This document shows positions 1 to 9,571 of a DNA stretch of 64,000 bases, piece by piece. Made by a program: the position numbers and the translations under genes. The notes beneath the pieces were generated by a model. The model was not told the DNA's origin. It made no database searches and saw only the letters and a program-made list of their open reading frames with translations. Source of the stretch: Synechococcus sp. (GTDB taxonomy: Bacteria; Cyanobacteriota; Cyanobacteriia; Thermostichales; PCC-7336); contig JBFRWN010000017.1 in the NCBI GenBank assembly GCA_051439605.1, forward strand, positions 64,001-128,000. The letters are read 5' to 3'. How positions within the stretch are numbered: the stretch's first letter is position 1; each line of letters starts with the position of its first letter.

Positions 1-828
1 CACTGCAATCATCGTTGGGTAGAACATGAATCGGACTGTGCGGATTTTGTCTGCCGTCAGGCACAGGAGCTGGGTCTAACCTGTGACATTGCCACTGCCC
101 CCATTATTTATCAAGATGAGAACCGGTCTCGTCAATGGCGCTATCAAATGCTTTTAGATTGGGGGCAGCGATGGGATTGCCCTTACATTGCGACTGCCCA
201 TACAGGTAGCGATCGTGCAGAGACATTCTTATTTAATCTTTTCCGGGGAACCGGTGCGGATGGTCTATCGAGTCTGAAGTGGAGTCGCCCCCTCGTTAAC
301 GATCGCCCAGATTCCCCCCTGTTGGTGCGCCCCTTATTAGAACTGTGGCGACAGGAAACGGCTGACTTTTGCGATCGACATGCGATTCCTATTTGGGATG
401 ACCCCTTTAACCAAGATTTGGACCATCCCCGCAATCGGATTAGGCAAGAGCTGATTCCCCTACTCAAGCAATATTTCAATCCTCAGGTGGAATTGACCCT
501 GAACCGTACAGCTGACATCTTGGGCGATCAGGCAGAAGATATCGCTCAATGGGCTAATGCACTGTGGACTCAGGTCTATTGCGAGAATCCACCGAGATTA
601 GATCGAGTACAGCTGGGGCAAGCTTCAATAGCACTGCAGAGACAGGTAATTCGGTGTTTTCTTCAACTCCACCTCAAATTGCCGAGTTTCGAGCAGGTTG
701 AAATGCTAAGAGCATTGATAAATGCTCCTCGTAACAGTAAATCCCCGTCTTTATCCGGAGGTTCCTGGGCAGAAAATCAGGACAACTATCTTGTTCTACG
801 CAATATTACGGATACGGCTCGGCATTAA
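1..828 (+). CDS. tilS: tRNA(Ile)-lysidine synthetase, 5'-truncated by the window edge
   Basis: Frame is open from base 1 (HCNHRW...). Contains ATAHTGSDRAET, RGTG, RPLL and D..N......RNRIR motifs of TilS. Confidence 0.93.
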   Translation, partial: HCNHRWVEHESDCADFVCRQAQELGLTCDIATAPIIYQDENRSRQWRYQMLLDWGQRWDCPYIATAHTGSDRAETFLFNLFRGTGADGLSSLKWSRPLVNDRPDSPLLVRPLLELWRQETADFCDRHAIPIWDDPFNQDLDHPRNRIRQELIPLLKQYFNPQVELTLNRTADILGDQAEDIAQWANALWTQVYCENPPRLDRVQLGQASIALQRQVIRCFLQLHLKLPSFEQVEMLRALINAPRNSKSPSLSGGSWAENQDNYLVLRNITDTARH

Positions 829-1163
829 TCAACCTTGCTATTCTCGCGATCCTGGGAAAACTGTAACAGAACTTCAGAGACAAGCAATATGGTATTTCAA
901 GCCACCTTGAATCCCCTAGCTTCAATCGCTTAGAGACTCTCAGAGCAATGTCTAGGTGCTCCTCTTGCAAGTAAGATCGCTACATTAACAATTAGGAGGA
1001 GATCGAGCAGGAATTCAAGCAAACTATCTTGCTTAAGGTAGCATTACTGATACAGTTTAACGCTAGTAGTATTGACGTTCGTTACGCTCAATCAGGCTCA
1101 CTTATGAACGGCTATTTGGACCTTATGATGGTGTGATTGCACCATTCTAGTGCTGCGGGCAAT

Positions 1164-2195
1164 ATGTTAGATCTGAAGAGCGATTCCGCTATAACAATCA
1201 TGTCAGCCAGTGTCGATCTGGATTTAGTTCCCATCCTGATCGCCACCTATTTGCCTGTAGAAATCTGCGTCTATTACCAGGTGGTGCCGGTTAACATCGA
1301 TGGCTCTTTGCTGATCCTTGGTATGGTCGATCCCAACGATCTTGCAGCCCTCGATTACGTTGGCAAAATGCTGGCTTTCTCCGAACTACAAATTCACATT
1401 CATCCTCTCTCTTTCGATGAACATCAAGAGCTAATTGCTTACTACTTCAATCATCCCCCCAGACCAGATCAGATTGCAGCTTACAAACAGTCAACTGCGG
1501 GCAAGGACGGCCTGACCGCAATTGCACCAGGTGAGCCGGTTAATGAACCAGTCGATGTGGATGTGGCAGATGACTCGACCGAAGAGTCTGTAACCACAGA
1601 TGACTCTATAGAATCAGTTCAGAAGCTACTTAATTCAATTTTGCGTCGGGCTCTAGACGAGCAGGCTGACCGAATCTTTATCGAAGTGAACGACGATAGA
1701 ACTTGTCGCGTACGCTACCGCCAACAGGGTATTCTGCGAGATTTGTTCAAAGATTTATCCGATAAGATTCGTCTCCAGCTTATTCTCAGCTTGAAGAAGA
1801 TGCTGGGTATGGAAGGGAGTCAAGATGCTCAATCGGCGGCAGTGGAGAAGAGCTATCGCGGACAACCGTTAGTGCTTCAACTTCGGGTGGTGGTCCATCG
1901 GGATAAAGAGGCTGCCATTTTGAATATCCTGCAGGGAGATGCTCTAGAAAAATATCAGCAGCAACAAAATCAGCGACGAGTGGCCGATACGCTAGCAGCG
2001 ATTGAACGGGCTCAGCGGGAATTAGAACTATTGCATATTTCTCTGACCGATACGGTGGAAAAAGTGAAGCGGTATTCCGGCACGGCGCAACCGGAATGGA
2101 CGAATGTTGGCCCCACTCTAGAGGCGCTTTTACAAAAGGCCCACCAAATTCACGAGCTGCAAAAAGCGTGGATTGAAATCCAGCCATTACAGTAG
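1164..2195 (+). CDS. GspE/PilB N-terminal-domain protein lacking the ATPase domain; C-terminal coiled coil
   Basis: YQVVPV...LILGMVDPNDLAALD (T2SSE N-domain-like) and LLNSILRRALDEQADRIFIE...RVRYRQQGIL (N2-like). No Walker A. Start uncertain (1137 TTG, 1164 or ~1200 ATG). Confidence 0.75.
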   Translation: MLDLKSDSAITIMSASVDLDLVPILIATYLPVEICVYYQVVPVNIDGSLLILGMVDPNDLAALDYVGKMLAFSELQIHIHPLSFDEHQELIAYYFNHPPRPDQIAAYKQSTAGKDGLTAIAPGEPVNEPVDVDVADDSTEESVTTDDSIESVQKLLNSILRRALDEQADRIFIEVNDDRTCRVRYRQQGILRDLFKDLSDKIRLQLILSLKKMLGMEGSQDAQSAAVEKSYRGQPLVLQLRVVVHRDKEAAILNILQGDALEKYQQQQNQRRVADTLAAIERAQRELELLHISLTDTVEKVKRYSGTAQPEWTNVGPTLEALLQKAHQIHELQKAWIEIQPLQ

Positions 2196-2349
2196 GGGAA
2201 TTCCTACTTCTTTCTGGTTAAAGAATGTATTTTTTCTGTATTTCGACAGCGTTCTATCGAGAGGAACAATCCGTTGCACTTTTTGTAACTACCTTTGTAT
2301 AAACTGAGAACTCACTCATACTGTCATCATTGTTTGTCGTGGGGCAGCC

Positions 2350-3237
2350 GTGTTTCAAGATCCTCGTCTGTTTCAAATTGCGTTTTTGAGTGCTTTCTTA
2401 GGACTGGGCGTGTGGACAAGAGATTGGACGCTGCAGCCGTACGTTGTTCTGACGGCAATCGCCGTTTGCGCGATCGCACAAGTTTTACTGGTGCTATTAT
2501 CACCTCCCCCCTCCCAGCAGCCGTCTGTTGAGAAAAAGCAAGGTTCGCAATGGCACTACGCCCTAACTTCTTTACCCAGTGCGGCCATTACCTCGCTCTC
2601 TTTATGTTTGCTACTGCGGACGAATCAGCCCATCACGATGGCAGTGGCAGCAGTGGCGGCGATCTCCAGTAAGTTTTTGCTGCGCTCTCCTCACAGGAAG
2701 CATTTTTTCAATCCCGCGAATTTCGGCATTATCGTCGCATTGCTGTTGACCCAAGACGCTTGGGTGTCCCCCGGACAATGGGGCACTGACTGGTGGGCAG
2801 TGCTGGTGCTTGCTGGCACGGGGGGAACGATCTGTGGACGAGTGGGGCGTTGGGATACTTCAGCAACGTTTTTGGGGGGATATACCGTGTTGGAACTGCT
2901 TAGACACCTGTGGTTGGGGTGGGCAGGATGGGATCTCTTGCTGCACCATCTCTCCAGTGGTTCGCTACTGCTGTTTGCCCTATTTATGCTCACCGATCCC
3001 CGTTCGATTCCGAATGCAAGATTGGCAAGGGTGGTGTGGGCATTGGCGATCGCGGTTCTGACTTTTGGGTTGCGTTATGTATTCTTTATGCCAGCGGCGA
3101 TGTTCTGGGCCTTGTTCCTGTTAGCTCCTACAACAGTTTGGTTCGATCGGATTTGGCCAGCACAACGGTTTCAGTGGATACAACCATCAACTCAGTCATC
3201 TGCTGAAGTGACATTGGCGACTTTGCGGCAATCTTGA
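2350..3237 (+). CDS. RnfD/NqrB-family integral membrane protein
   Basis: DPRLFQI, SK.L...KHFFNPANFGI, WVSPGQWG and FMLTDPRS motifs; many hydrophobic helices. Confidence 0.8.
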   Translation: MFQDPRLFQIAFLSAFLGLGVWTRDWTLQPYVVLTAIAVCAIAQVLLVLLSPPPSQQPSVEKKQGSQWHYALTSLPSAAITSLSLCLLLRTNQPITMAVAAVAAISSKFLLRSPHRKHFFNPANFGIIVALLLTQDAWVSPGQWGTDWWAVLVLAGTGGTICGRVGRWDTSATFLGGYTVLELLRHLWLGWAGWDLLLHHLSSGSLLLFALFMLTDPRSIPNARLARVVWALAIAVLTFGLRYVFFMPAAMFWALFLLAPTTVWFDRIWPAQRFQWIQPSTQSSAEVTLATLRQS

Positions 3238-3405
3238 GCGTGTTTATTTCAATTCTCTACTTTCCCGCTAGACAGTATCCAGAATACAATCTCGCCTCGT
3301 AATAAATGCAATCATTTCCTCAGTCAGCAGTCGTAGCTGGTCTTGGAGAATGCCGCGCAATTCATCGAAGAAGCAAGGTGGCTTCAAGCGATGTCGTCAA
3401 TTAAC

Positions 3406-3434
3406 TTGACAAAGGCAGAGGTAGGTTATATAAA
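3406..3434 (+). promoter_or_regulatory. Sigma70-type promoter candidate upstream of the AT-rich glycosyltransferase-like gene
   Basis: TTGACA-N17-TATAAA. Confidence 0.5.
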
Positions 3435-3620
3435 ATACTAGTCAAAGAGTTTTTAAACTGAAATTTTTAGCCAATCTGAATTGTACGAAACTGATTAGCT
3501 TATTAATTTGATCCACAGAGTTGCAATGAATTCTCAAAATAAATATGTCCCTCTATATCTTTACCATGTACTCTTTTGACCTGTGCTGAGAATTTTGTCA
3601 CCGATTGGAGGGGTATTGAC

Positions 3621-4517
3621 ATGCGAGTAGGACTCATTGTTGTCTGGTTTGGGAAATGGCCACTGTGGTTTCCGGCATTTTTACAATCTTGTAAATTTAA
3701 CCCAGACATTGATTGGCTCATTTTTACTGATTGTCCTGCGCCCCCAGGTTCATCAGTAGAAAATGTCAAATTCATACCCTTTTCTACTGAGCAATTCAAT
3801 AGCTTGGCCTCGGATAATCTAAACCACCCGATAAGTATAAATCGGCCCTATAAAGTATGCGATTTTAGACCTGCATACGGAGTTATTTTTAAAGATTTCC
3901 TGAATGAATATGATTTCTGGGGATATTGTGATATTGACGTAATTTGGGGGGATATCTCTCGCTTTGTGACAAATGAGATGCTATCTAAATATTCGATTAT
4001 AACCAGCAAGAAAGACAAGATAGCAGGCCACTTTAGCTTATTCCGCAATACGCAAGAAGTAAATTCGATATTTAAGAGCTATCCAGGCTATATAGATGTA
4101 CTGACTGATGAAAAGAACCGATGGTTTGACGAAACTCTTCTAACCAAACACCTCCATGAAAATGTTCTTGGAGGTGCTGATAACGATATAGAGATTTATT
4201 GGGAAGGTTTGAAGTTTGCTGATTGGGGGCAACTAGAAAGATATACTAAAGGTTGGAAATGGGAGAATGGCAAGATCCTTGACAGCAGAGGAAAAGAAAG
4301 TTTGTATGCTCACTTCATGACCTGGAAGAAGCTAATGAAAGATATCGATTTTCAATATGAAAATCCACCAAATAAATTTATTATTACGCCTTTGGGTATC
4401 TGGTCGCAAAGACCACTTCTGGTTGAGCGCTTAACACTAGGATTGATTTTTTTGACAAGACGTCCCTGGAGAAAGATAATCATGCTTCTCACAGGTCGCG
4501 ATCCTGCTATGAGCTAA
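3621..4517 (+). CDS. DUF6625-like putative glycosyltransferase (polysaccharide locus type)
   Basis: WFGKWP.WF..FL.SC..NPDIDWLIFTD, YKVCDFRPAYG, YDFWGYCDIDVIWG (DxD); GGAGGGG RBS; AT-rich. Confidence 0.75.
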   Translation: MRVGLIVVWFGKWPLWFPAFLQSCKFNPDIDWLIFTDCPAPPGSSVENVKFIPFSTEQFNSLASDNLNHPISINRPYKVCDFRPAYGVIFKDFLNEYDFWGYCDIDVIWGDISRFVTNEMLSKYSIITSKKDKIAGHFSLFRNTQEVNSIFKSYPGYIDVLTDEKNRWFDETLLTKHLHENVLGGADNDIEIYWEGLKFADWGQLERYTKGWKWENGKILDSRGKESLYAHFMTWKKLMKDIDFQYENPPNKFIITPLGIWSQRPLLVERLTLGLIFLTRRPWRKIIMLLTGRDPAMS

Positions 4518-4834
4518 TCCATGAAATCATCAATGAAAGTCTCGCCACTGAGGGGTCATCCAGACCATACAACCAGTTGTCATCCTTTTTCTATTGAAAG
4601 GGGCCGATGGGGTTGACGCCCATAGCCGTGATGAAGCGACGGAAAATCGTTCTCTCTAGAACCAATTCAGTTCCGATCGTTTTGTTGAGCTCAGTTTCGC
4701 TGCTCTCAAGTTGATAAACATCCTCACCGGCTTGGCGATGGGCCGCCACCTACATGTGAAACATGTCGTTATGTACTTCCACACCTGACCCTAACGCTCT
4801 AGCATGGGAAAGTTGCGCAATATTTCTTGAATGG

Positions 4835-5656
4835 ATGGCTGTTGTGGGCGCAGATATACGTTTGTTGGTTTTGGATATTGACGGCACGATCGCCGGTAAC
4901 AGCAATGAAGTGACTGAGCGGACTGTTGATGCAATTACGGCTGCTAAATCTCAAGGGGTAAAAGTGGCGATCGCCACAGGCCGCATGTATCAATCTGCAG
5001 TCAGGTTCCATCAAACAATTGGGTCCGACATGCCAATAGCCGCCTACCAGGGCGCTATCCTGAAGGACCCTCGAGATAACCGATTGCACCATCACCACCA
5101 CCTATCTTTAGAAATGGCAGAAACCCTATTGGGGGTTTTGAGCGAGCATCCGCTTGAAGCGATTCAAGTGTACGTAGACGATAATCTCTACATCCAAAAA
5201 TCGAACCCCCTCAGCGATTGGTACGCAGAGCGTTCGCGAGTGACGCTGAATTATCTCGAGGAATTAGGGTCACAATTGACCGCTCCCCCCACAAAGGTCT
5301 TGGGGATGACCCAAGACACGCAATTGATTGACCAGTTGCTGGAGGAAATGCGCAAAAGATTTCCTCCAGAAGAACTGTACATGACCAAATCTCTGCCCAC
5401 GTTTTTTGAAGCAACTCATCCTGGTGTCAATAAAGGAGTCGCTGTTCGCTACATGGCTGAGGAGTTATTGGGACTCACATCCGAGCAGGTAATGGTGGTG
5501 GGAGATAGTTACAACGATTTAGAGATGTTTGATTACGCTGGCACTGCTGTAGCGATGGGTAATGCGGAGGATACGGTGCAGGCCCGTGCAACCTGGCAAG
5601 CCCCATCCATTGATGAAGATGGGGCTGCAGCAGCGATTGAGGAATTTATTCTCTAA
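4835..5656 (+). CDS. Cof-type HAD-IIB family hydrolase
   Basis: DIDGT motif I, ATGR motif II, K...GDSYNDLEM and AVAMGNA motifs. Confidence 0.92.
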   Translation: MAVVGADIRLLVLDIDGTIAGNSNEVTERTVDAITAAKSQGVKVAIATGRMYQSAVRFHQTIGSDMPIAAYQGAILKDPRDNRLHHHHHLSLEMAETLLGVLSEHPLEAIQVYVDDNLYIQKSNPLSDWYAERSRVTLNYLEELGSQLTAPPTKVLGMTQDTQLIDQLLEEMRKRFPPEELYMTKSLPTFFEATHPGVNKGVAVRYMAEELLGLTSEQVMVVGDSYNDLEMFDYAGTAVAMGNAEDTVQARATWQAPSIDEDGAAAAIEEFIL

Positions 5657-5740
5657 TCTAAATATTCTTATCGAAAGAGCCACAAACAAGCATAAAAACT
5701 CGAGTGATTGATAGGGGAAATGAACAGGTCAACAGATGCC

Positions 5741-6337
5741 TTACATTGCTGACCACAACTCAGAGACGGAATAGCCTAGGTCAGCTAACATGTGGCGAAC
5801 CAGCGGCAAACTGATTCCAATCACATTGCTATGGCACCCTTCAATTCGCTCGATAAACAGCCCCCCAAAGCCATCTAGAGCAAAGCTGCCAGCACAGGCT
5901 AGCGGCTCACCTGTCGCAATATAGCGTTGAATTTCAGCAAGAGACATTTGGGCAAAATACACCTTGGTTTTACCTACACAGCTAACCGTTCGCCCCTGTT
6001 GGGTGTCAATCGCAGCGTGTCCTGTGTAGAGAACCCCCGTGCTACCCTGAATTTTTTGTAATCGCAGCAGCGATTCTTCTGCATTATCAGGCTTACCGTA
6101 GATTTCTCCGTCCAAAACGAATAGCGAGTCAGCCCCCAGAACAATGACGGGCTCGGGATGGTTTGCCGCCACCACCTCAGCTTTCTTGATGGCTAAGGTT
6201 TCCACCAGTTGCTTGGGCTCATGACAGACGACGGAACTTTCGTCGAAGGAACTGGGTTCGACAGAAAAGGTTAGACCCGCCGCCTCCAGTAACTTACGAC
6301 GGGCAGGGGATTTGGAGGCCAGGATGAGAGTGGGCAC
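5741..6337 (-). CDS. maf: Maf family nucleoside triphosphate pyrophosphatase
   Basis: LILASKSPARR, GADS, GKP, AGSF..DG.G..FIERIEG..SNVIG motifs. Confidence 0.92.
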   Translation of the reverse strand: MPTLILASKSPARRKLLEAAGLTFSVEPSSFDESSVVCHEPKQLVETLAIKKAEVVAANHPEPVIVLGADSLFVLDGEIYGKPDNAEESLLRLQKIQGSTGVLYTGHAAIDTQQGRTVSCVGKTKVYFAQMSLAEIQRYIATGEPLACAGSFALDGFGGLFIERIEGCHSNVIGISLPLVRHMLADLGYSVSELWSAM

Positions 6338-6435
6338 AGCGAATTGAGTGGAGCGATCGCACCGATTTTACGAGCAGAACGCTATCTCGACTACTGGGCG
6401 GCCCTCAATCGCATAAGATGCTGAACAGACAATGG

Positions 6436-7419
6436 TTAGCCCGCTGCAGAAGATTCTAGAAAAACACCCATTTGGCGGAATTTCTGATACCGTTCTTCCT
6501 TCAATTCCCGACCGCTTAAGGCCGAAAGTTCATTAATATGCCGCAGCCAGGCTTTTTTGAGGGTCTCTGCAGCAGTTAATGGGGAACGGTGAGCACCGCC
6601 GCTGGGCTCGGGCAACACTTCATCCACAATTCCCATTCCAAGCAGATCTTTGGCAGTAATTTTGAGCGCTTCAGCGGCACGGGCGGCTTTGCTGGCGTCC
6701 TTCCACAAAATAGCTGCGCATCCCTCTGGCGAAATAACCGAGTAAACCGAATGCTCGAACATGAGTACGCGATTGCCCACGCCGATCGCGAGGGCACCGC
6801 CAGATCCCCCCTCGCCAATGATGGTGCAAATCACGGGCACTTCCACCTGAAATAACTCTCGTAAATTGACGGCGATCGCTTCCCCCTGGCCGCATTCTTC
6901 TGCTTCAATCCCTGGATAGGCGCCTGGGGTATCGATCAGAGTGATGATGGGCAGTCGAAACCGGTTAGCATGCTGAATTAATCGCAACGCTTTGCGGTAG
7001 CCAGCAGGGTTGGGCATTCCGAAATTGCGCAAAACGTTGTCTTTGGTATCCCGTCCCTTTTGGTGACCCATGACCACGACTGGGCGGTTTTCTAAGCGAG
7101 CCACCCCAACTACGATGGCTCGATCGTCAGATCCATGGCGATCTCCATGCATCTCGAACCAGTCATCGCAGATGGATTGGATGTAGTCGAGGGTGCTTGG
7201 ACGGCGAGGATGGCGGGCCACTTGTACCCGCTGTGCCGGGGTCAGCCTTAAAAAAATTTCTTTGCGCAGTTCTGCCGCCCGTTGCTCCAGTTGTTGAATT
7301 TGATCGCTGGCCTCCAGTTCGTTTTCACTCGCCAACGAACGAATTTCCTCAATTCGCTGTTCCAGATCGGCAACGGGCTTTTCAAAATTCAACAAAACGC
7401 GATCGGGTGCCTTGGCCAT
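6436..7419 (-). CDS. accA: Acetyl-CoA carboxylase carboxyltransferase alpha subunit
   Basis: Lx[54 protein letters not shown]. Confidence 0.97.
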   Translation of the reverse strand: MAKAPDRVLLNFEKPVADLEQRIEEIRSLASENELEASDQIQQLEQRAAELRKEIFLRLTPAQRVQVARHPRRPSTLDYIQSICDDWFEMHGDRHGSDDRAIVVGVARLENRPVVVMGHQKGRDTKDNVLRNFGMPNPAGYRKALRLIQHANRFRLPIITLIDTPGAYPGIEAEECGQGEAIAVNLRELFQVEVPVICTIIGEGGSGGALAIGVGNRVLMFEHSVYSVISPEGCAAILWKDASKAARAAEALKITAKDLLGMGIVDEVLPEPSGGAHRSPLTAAETLKKAWLRHINELSALSGRELKEERYQKFRQMGVFLESSAAG

Positions 7420-7514
7420 TTGAATGGTGTTCCTGGCTACAGAAGAAATACTATTTTGACAGGCTGATGCGATCGCTGTCATCCTCTCAAACGAATGAAT
7501 AAAGTGGCACCTCT

Positions 7515-7805
7515 ATGAACGCCCAGAAATCCACAGCAATCTCGATCGTTCGCAAACCCAGTCAAGGAACTTTAGCAAGTCTGGAGGTAACCAGTTGGCC
7601 TATCTGGACAAAAGAAGTGTCAGAGTTTCCCTGGTTCTACGAGAAGTCGGAAACTTGTTACTTTCTGACGGGGGAAGTCGTAGTGATTCCTGATGGTGGA
7701 GAAGCTGTTCAGATGGGCGAAGGGAACTTGGTCACCTTTCCAGCTGGGATGCAATGTACTTGGAAGATCGTTAAGGATGTGCGGAAACACTATCGCTTCG
7801 GTTAG
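7515..7805 (+). CDS. Cupin_3 (DUF861-like) domain protein
   Basis: WPIWTKEVSEFPW.Y...ETCYFL.G.V.V.P...GNLVTFPAG..CTW.....VRKHY. Confidence 0.85.
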   Translation: MNAQKSTAISIVRKPSQGTLASLEVTSWPIWTKEVSEFPWFYEKSETCYFLTGEVVVIPDGGEAVQMGEGNLVTFPAGMQCTWKIVKDVRKHYRFG

Positions 7806-7879
7806 ACTCAGCACTGGATTTTGGTGGATTTGGGAGTTCACACCAACCTCCAAATTGATTGACCGTTGAGGAATCGTGC

Positions 7880-9559
7880 ATGCAGCGACTTTCCGATTGG
7901 CTTGCACCCGTTGGACTCACCGCGATCGCCGTAGGTGTTGGTTTTGCACTTGTAGGGCTAGGGAATTACCCCTTTGTTACCGTATTGCTACTCGTGGGGC
8001 TGGTGATGCTGTTGCTGTGGGTATTCACCCACCTGCCTCAACTGCGCACTATGCTGGGGTTACGCTCCACCCAAGCGAACCTAAATGTCATCGTGTCCGT
8101 CTTAGCGGTGATGGTGATTTTGATTGCGGTAAACGCGATCGCCACCCGCTACTCGGTTCAGTTTGACGTCACTGAAGCCAGGCTCTTTAGTCTGGCTCCC
8201 CAAACCCAGTCGGTCTTAGAGACTTTAGAGCTTCCCGTTCAAGTCTCTGTTTTTAGCGAATCACCTCAACTAGAACTGCAAAATCGATTGGAGCAATTTC
8301 GCCGCACCAACCCCGCTCAGTTTTCCTACGAAATTATTAATCCCAATACCGATCCAGTGCGCGCTCGCGAGTTGGAAGTAACCAGTAACGAGAGGATTGT
8401 GGTTACTGCAGGGGAACGACAGGAACAATTCCCGATACCCTCCCCCTTAAGACTGGAGCGAGTTTTAACCCCTACCTTGATTCAGCTGACTAATACTCGG
8501 CAAAGGTCCATCTATTTTGTTCAGGGGCATGGAGAACTGCCGTTGGAAGCCCAGGAGGTGAATGTCGCCACCCTTTCTCAGGCCATTACAGCATTAGAGG
8601 AGGATGGGTACCTTACGTCGCCTCTCAACTTGATTGAATCTGAAGGGGTGCCCGAAGATGCCTCGGTGGTGGTGGTGGCGGCTCCCGAGCTGGCCTGGTT
8701 ACCTGCGGAAGTGGAGCAACTGACCTCCTATCTGGATCGCGGGGGGAGAGCGCTGCTATTACTCGATCCCATTGCTAACCCTCAACTGGACAGTCTTTAC
8801 GAGGATTGGGGGTTACAGTTGGCGGACGATGTGGTGGTGGATGTCAGTCAGATTAGCCGCTCACTTGGAGGCGGGCCGTACTCGACCCTCGTTACTCGCT
8901 ATGGGGACCACCCCATTACCGTTCCGCTAGCAGACAAGGGGTTAGCAAGTATTTTTCCGTTTGCAAGATCGCTGTCTGCACGAGATGGTGTTGATGCCGT
9001 TGCCCTGTTGATTACGGGTGATCGCACCTGGAGGGAATGGGATCTGGACAATAGCGATGTTGCCTTTGACCCAGAAGTCGATCGGCCTGGGCCAGTAACT
9101 CTGGGACTAGCGTTTTCCCGTCCGGTTGAACCTTCTGACTCACAAACCAATGCCGATGATTCCGTTGATGAGCCCCCAGCTAACGTACAGATCGAGACTG
9201 GCGAAAATTCTGAGACGGAGGAGAATTCAGAAGATACAGGCAGTGAGGTCGCTGGGGAGGAGGACGAGATCGCAGGAGCAGAGATCGATACATTAGAATC
9301 TCGACTTGTGGCGATCGGTAATTCGCAATTCGCAGTCAATGGAAATTTTGCCCAGTTGGGCAATGGAGATTTATTTCTCAATGCCATTAATTGGCTGTCC
9401 GATCGCGATGAAGCCATTACTATTCGCCCCAAATCACCCACCAACCGTCGGTTTAACCTCACCCCTTCCGGAGTGCAGTGGTTGCGGTTGTTATCTAGCA
9501 TCTTGCTACCTGCCATTGCTCTGTCCATGGGCGGGCTGATGTGGTGGAAACGCCGTTAA
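7880..9559 (+). CDS. GldG-family ABC-transporter auxiliary protein
   Basis: N-terminal TM helices, DVTEARLFSLAPQT, YFVQGHGE, GRALLLLDP, HPIT.PL, N.DLFLNAINWL, C-terminal TM ending WWKRR. Confidence 0.85.
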   Translation: MQRLSDWLAPVGLTAIAVGVGFALVGLGNYPFVTVLLLVGLVMLLLWVFTHLPQLRTMLGLRSTQANLNVIVSVLAVMVILIAVNAIATRYSVQFDVTEARLFSLAPQTQSVLETLELPVQVSVFSESPQLELQNRLEQFRRTNPAQFSYEIINPNTDPVRARELEVTSNERIVVTAGERQEQFPIPSPLRLERVLTPTLIQLTNTRQRSIYFVQGHGELPLEAQEVNVATLSQAITALEEDGYLTSPLNLIESEGVPEDASVVVVAAPELAWLPAEVEQLTSYLDRGGRALLLLDPIANPQLDSLYEDWGLQLADDVVVDVSQISRSLGGGPYSTLVTRYGDHPITVPLADKGLASIFPFARSLSARDGVDAVALLITGDRTWREWDLDNSDVAFDPEVDRPGPVTLGLAFSRPVEPSDSQTNADDSVDEPPANVQIETGENSETEENSEDTGSEVAGEEDEIAGAEIDTLESRLVAIGNSQFAVNGNFAQLGNGDLFLNAINWLSDRDEAITIRPKSPTNRRFNLTPSGVQWLRLLSSILLPAIALSMGGLMWWKRR

Positions 9560-9571
9560 GAGAGGGGATTG

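Noticed and set aside
4560..4740. Weak resemblance to a decayed Uma2-family C-terminus
   Set aside because: Similarity too faint to support by eye.
5087..5101. Five-His run in the Cof hydrolase
   Set aside because: Short natural run in a variable region; no evidence for a tag or function.
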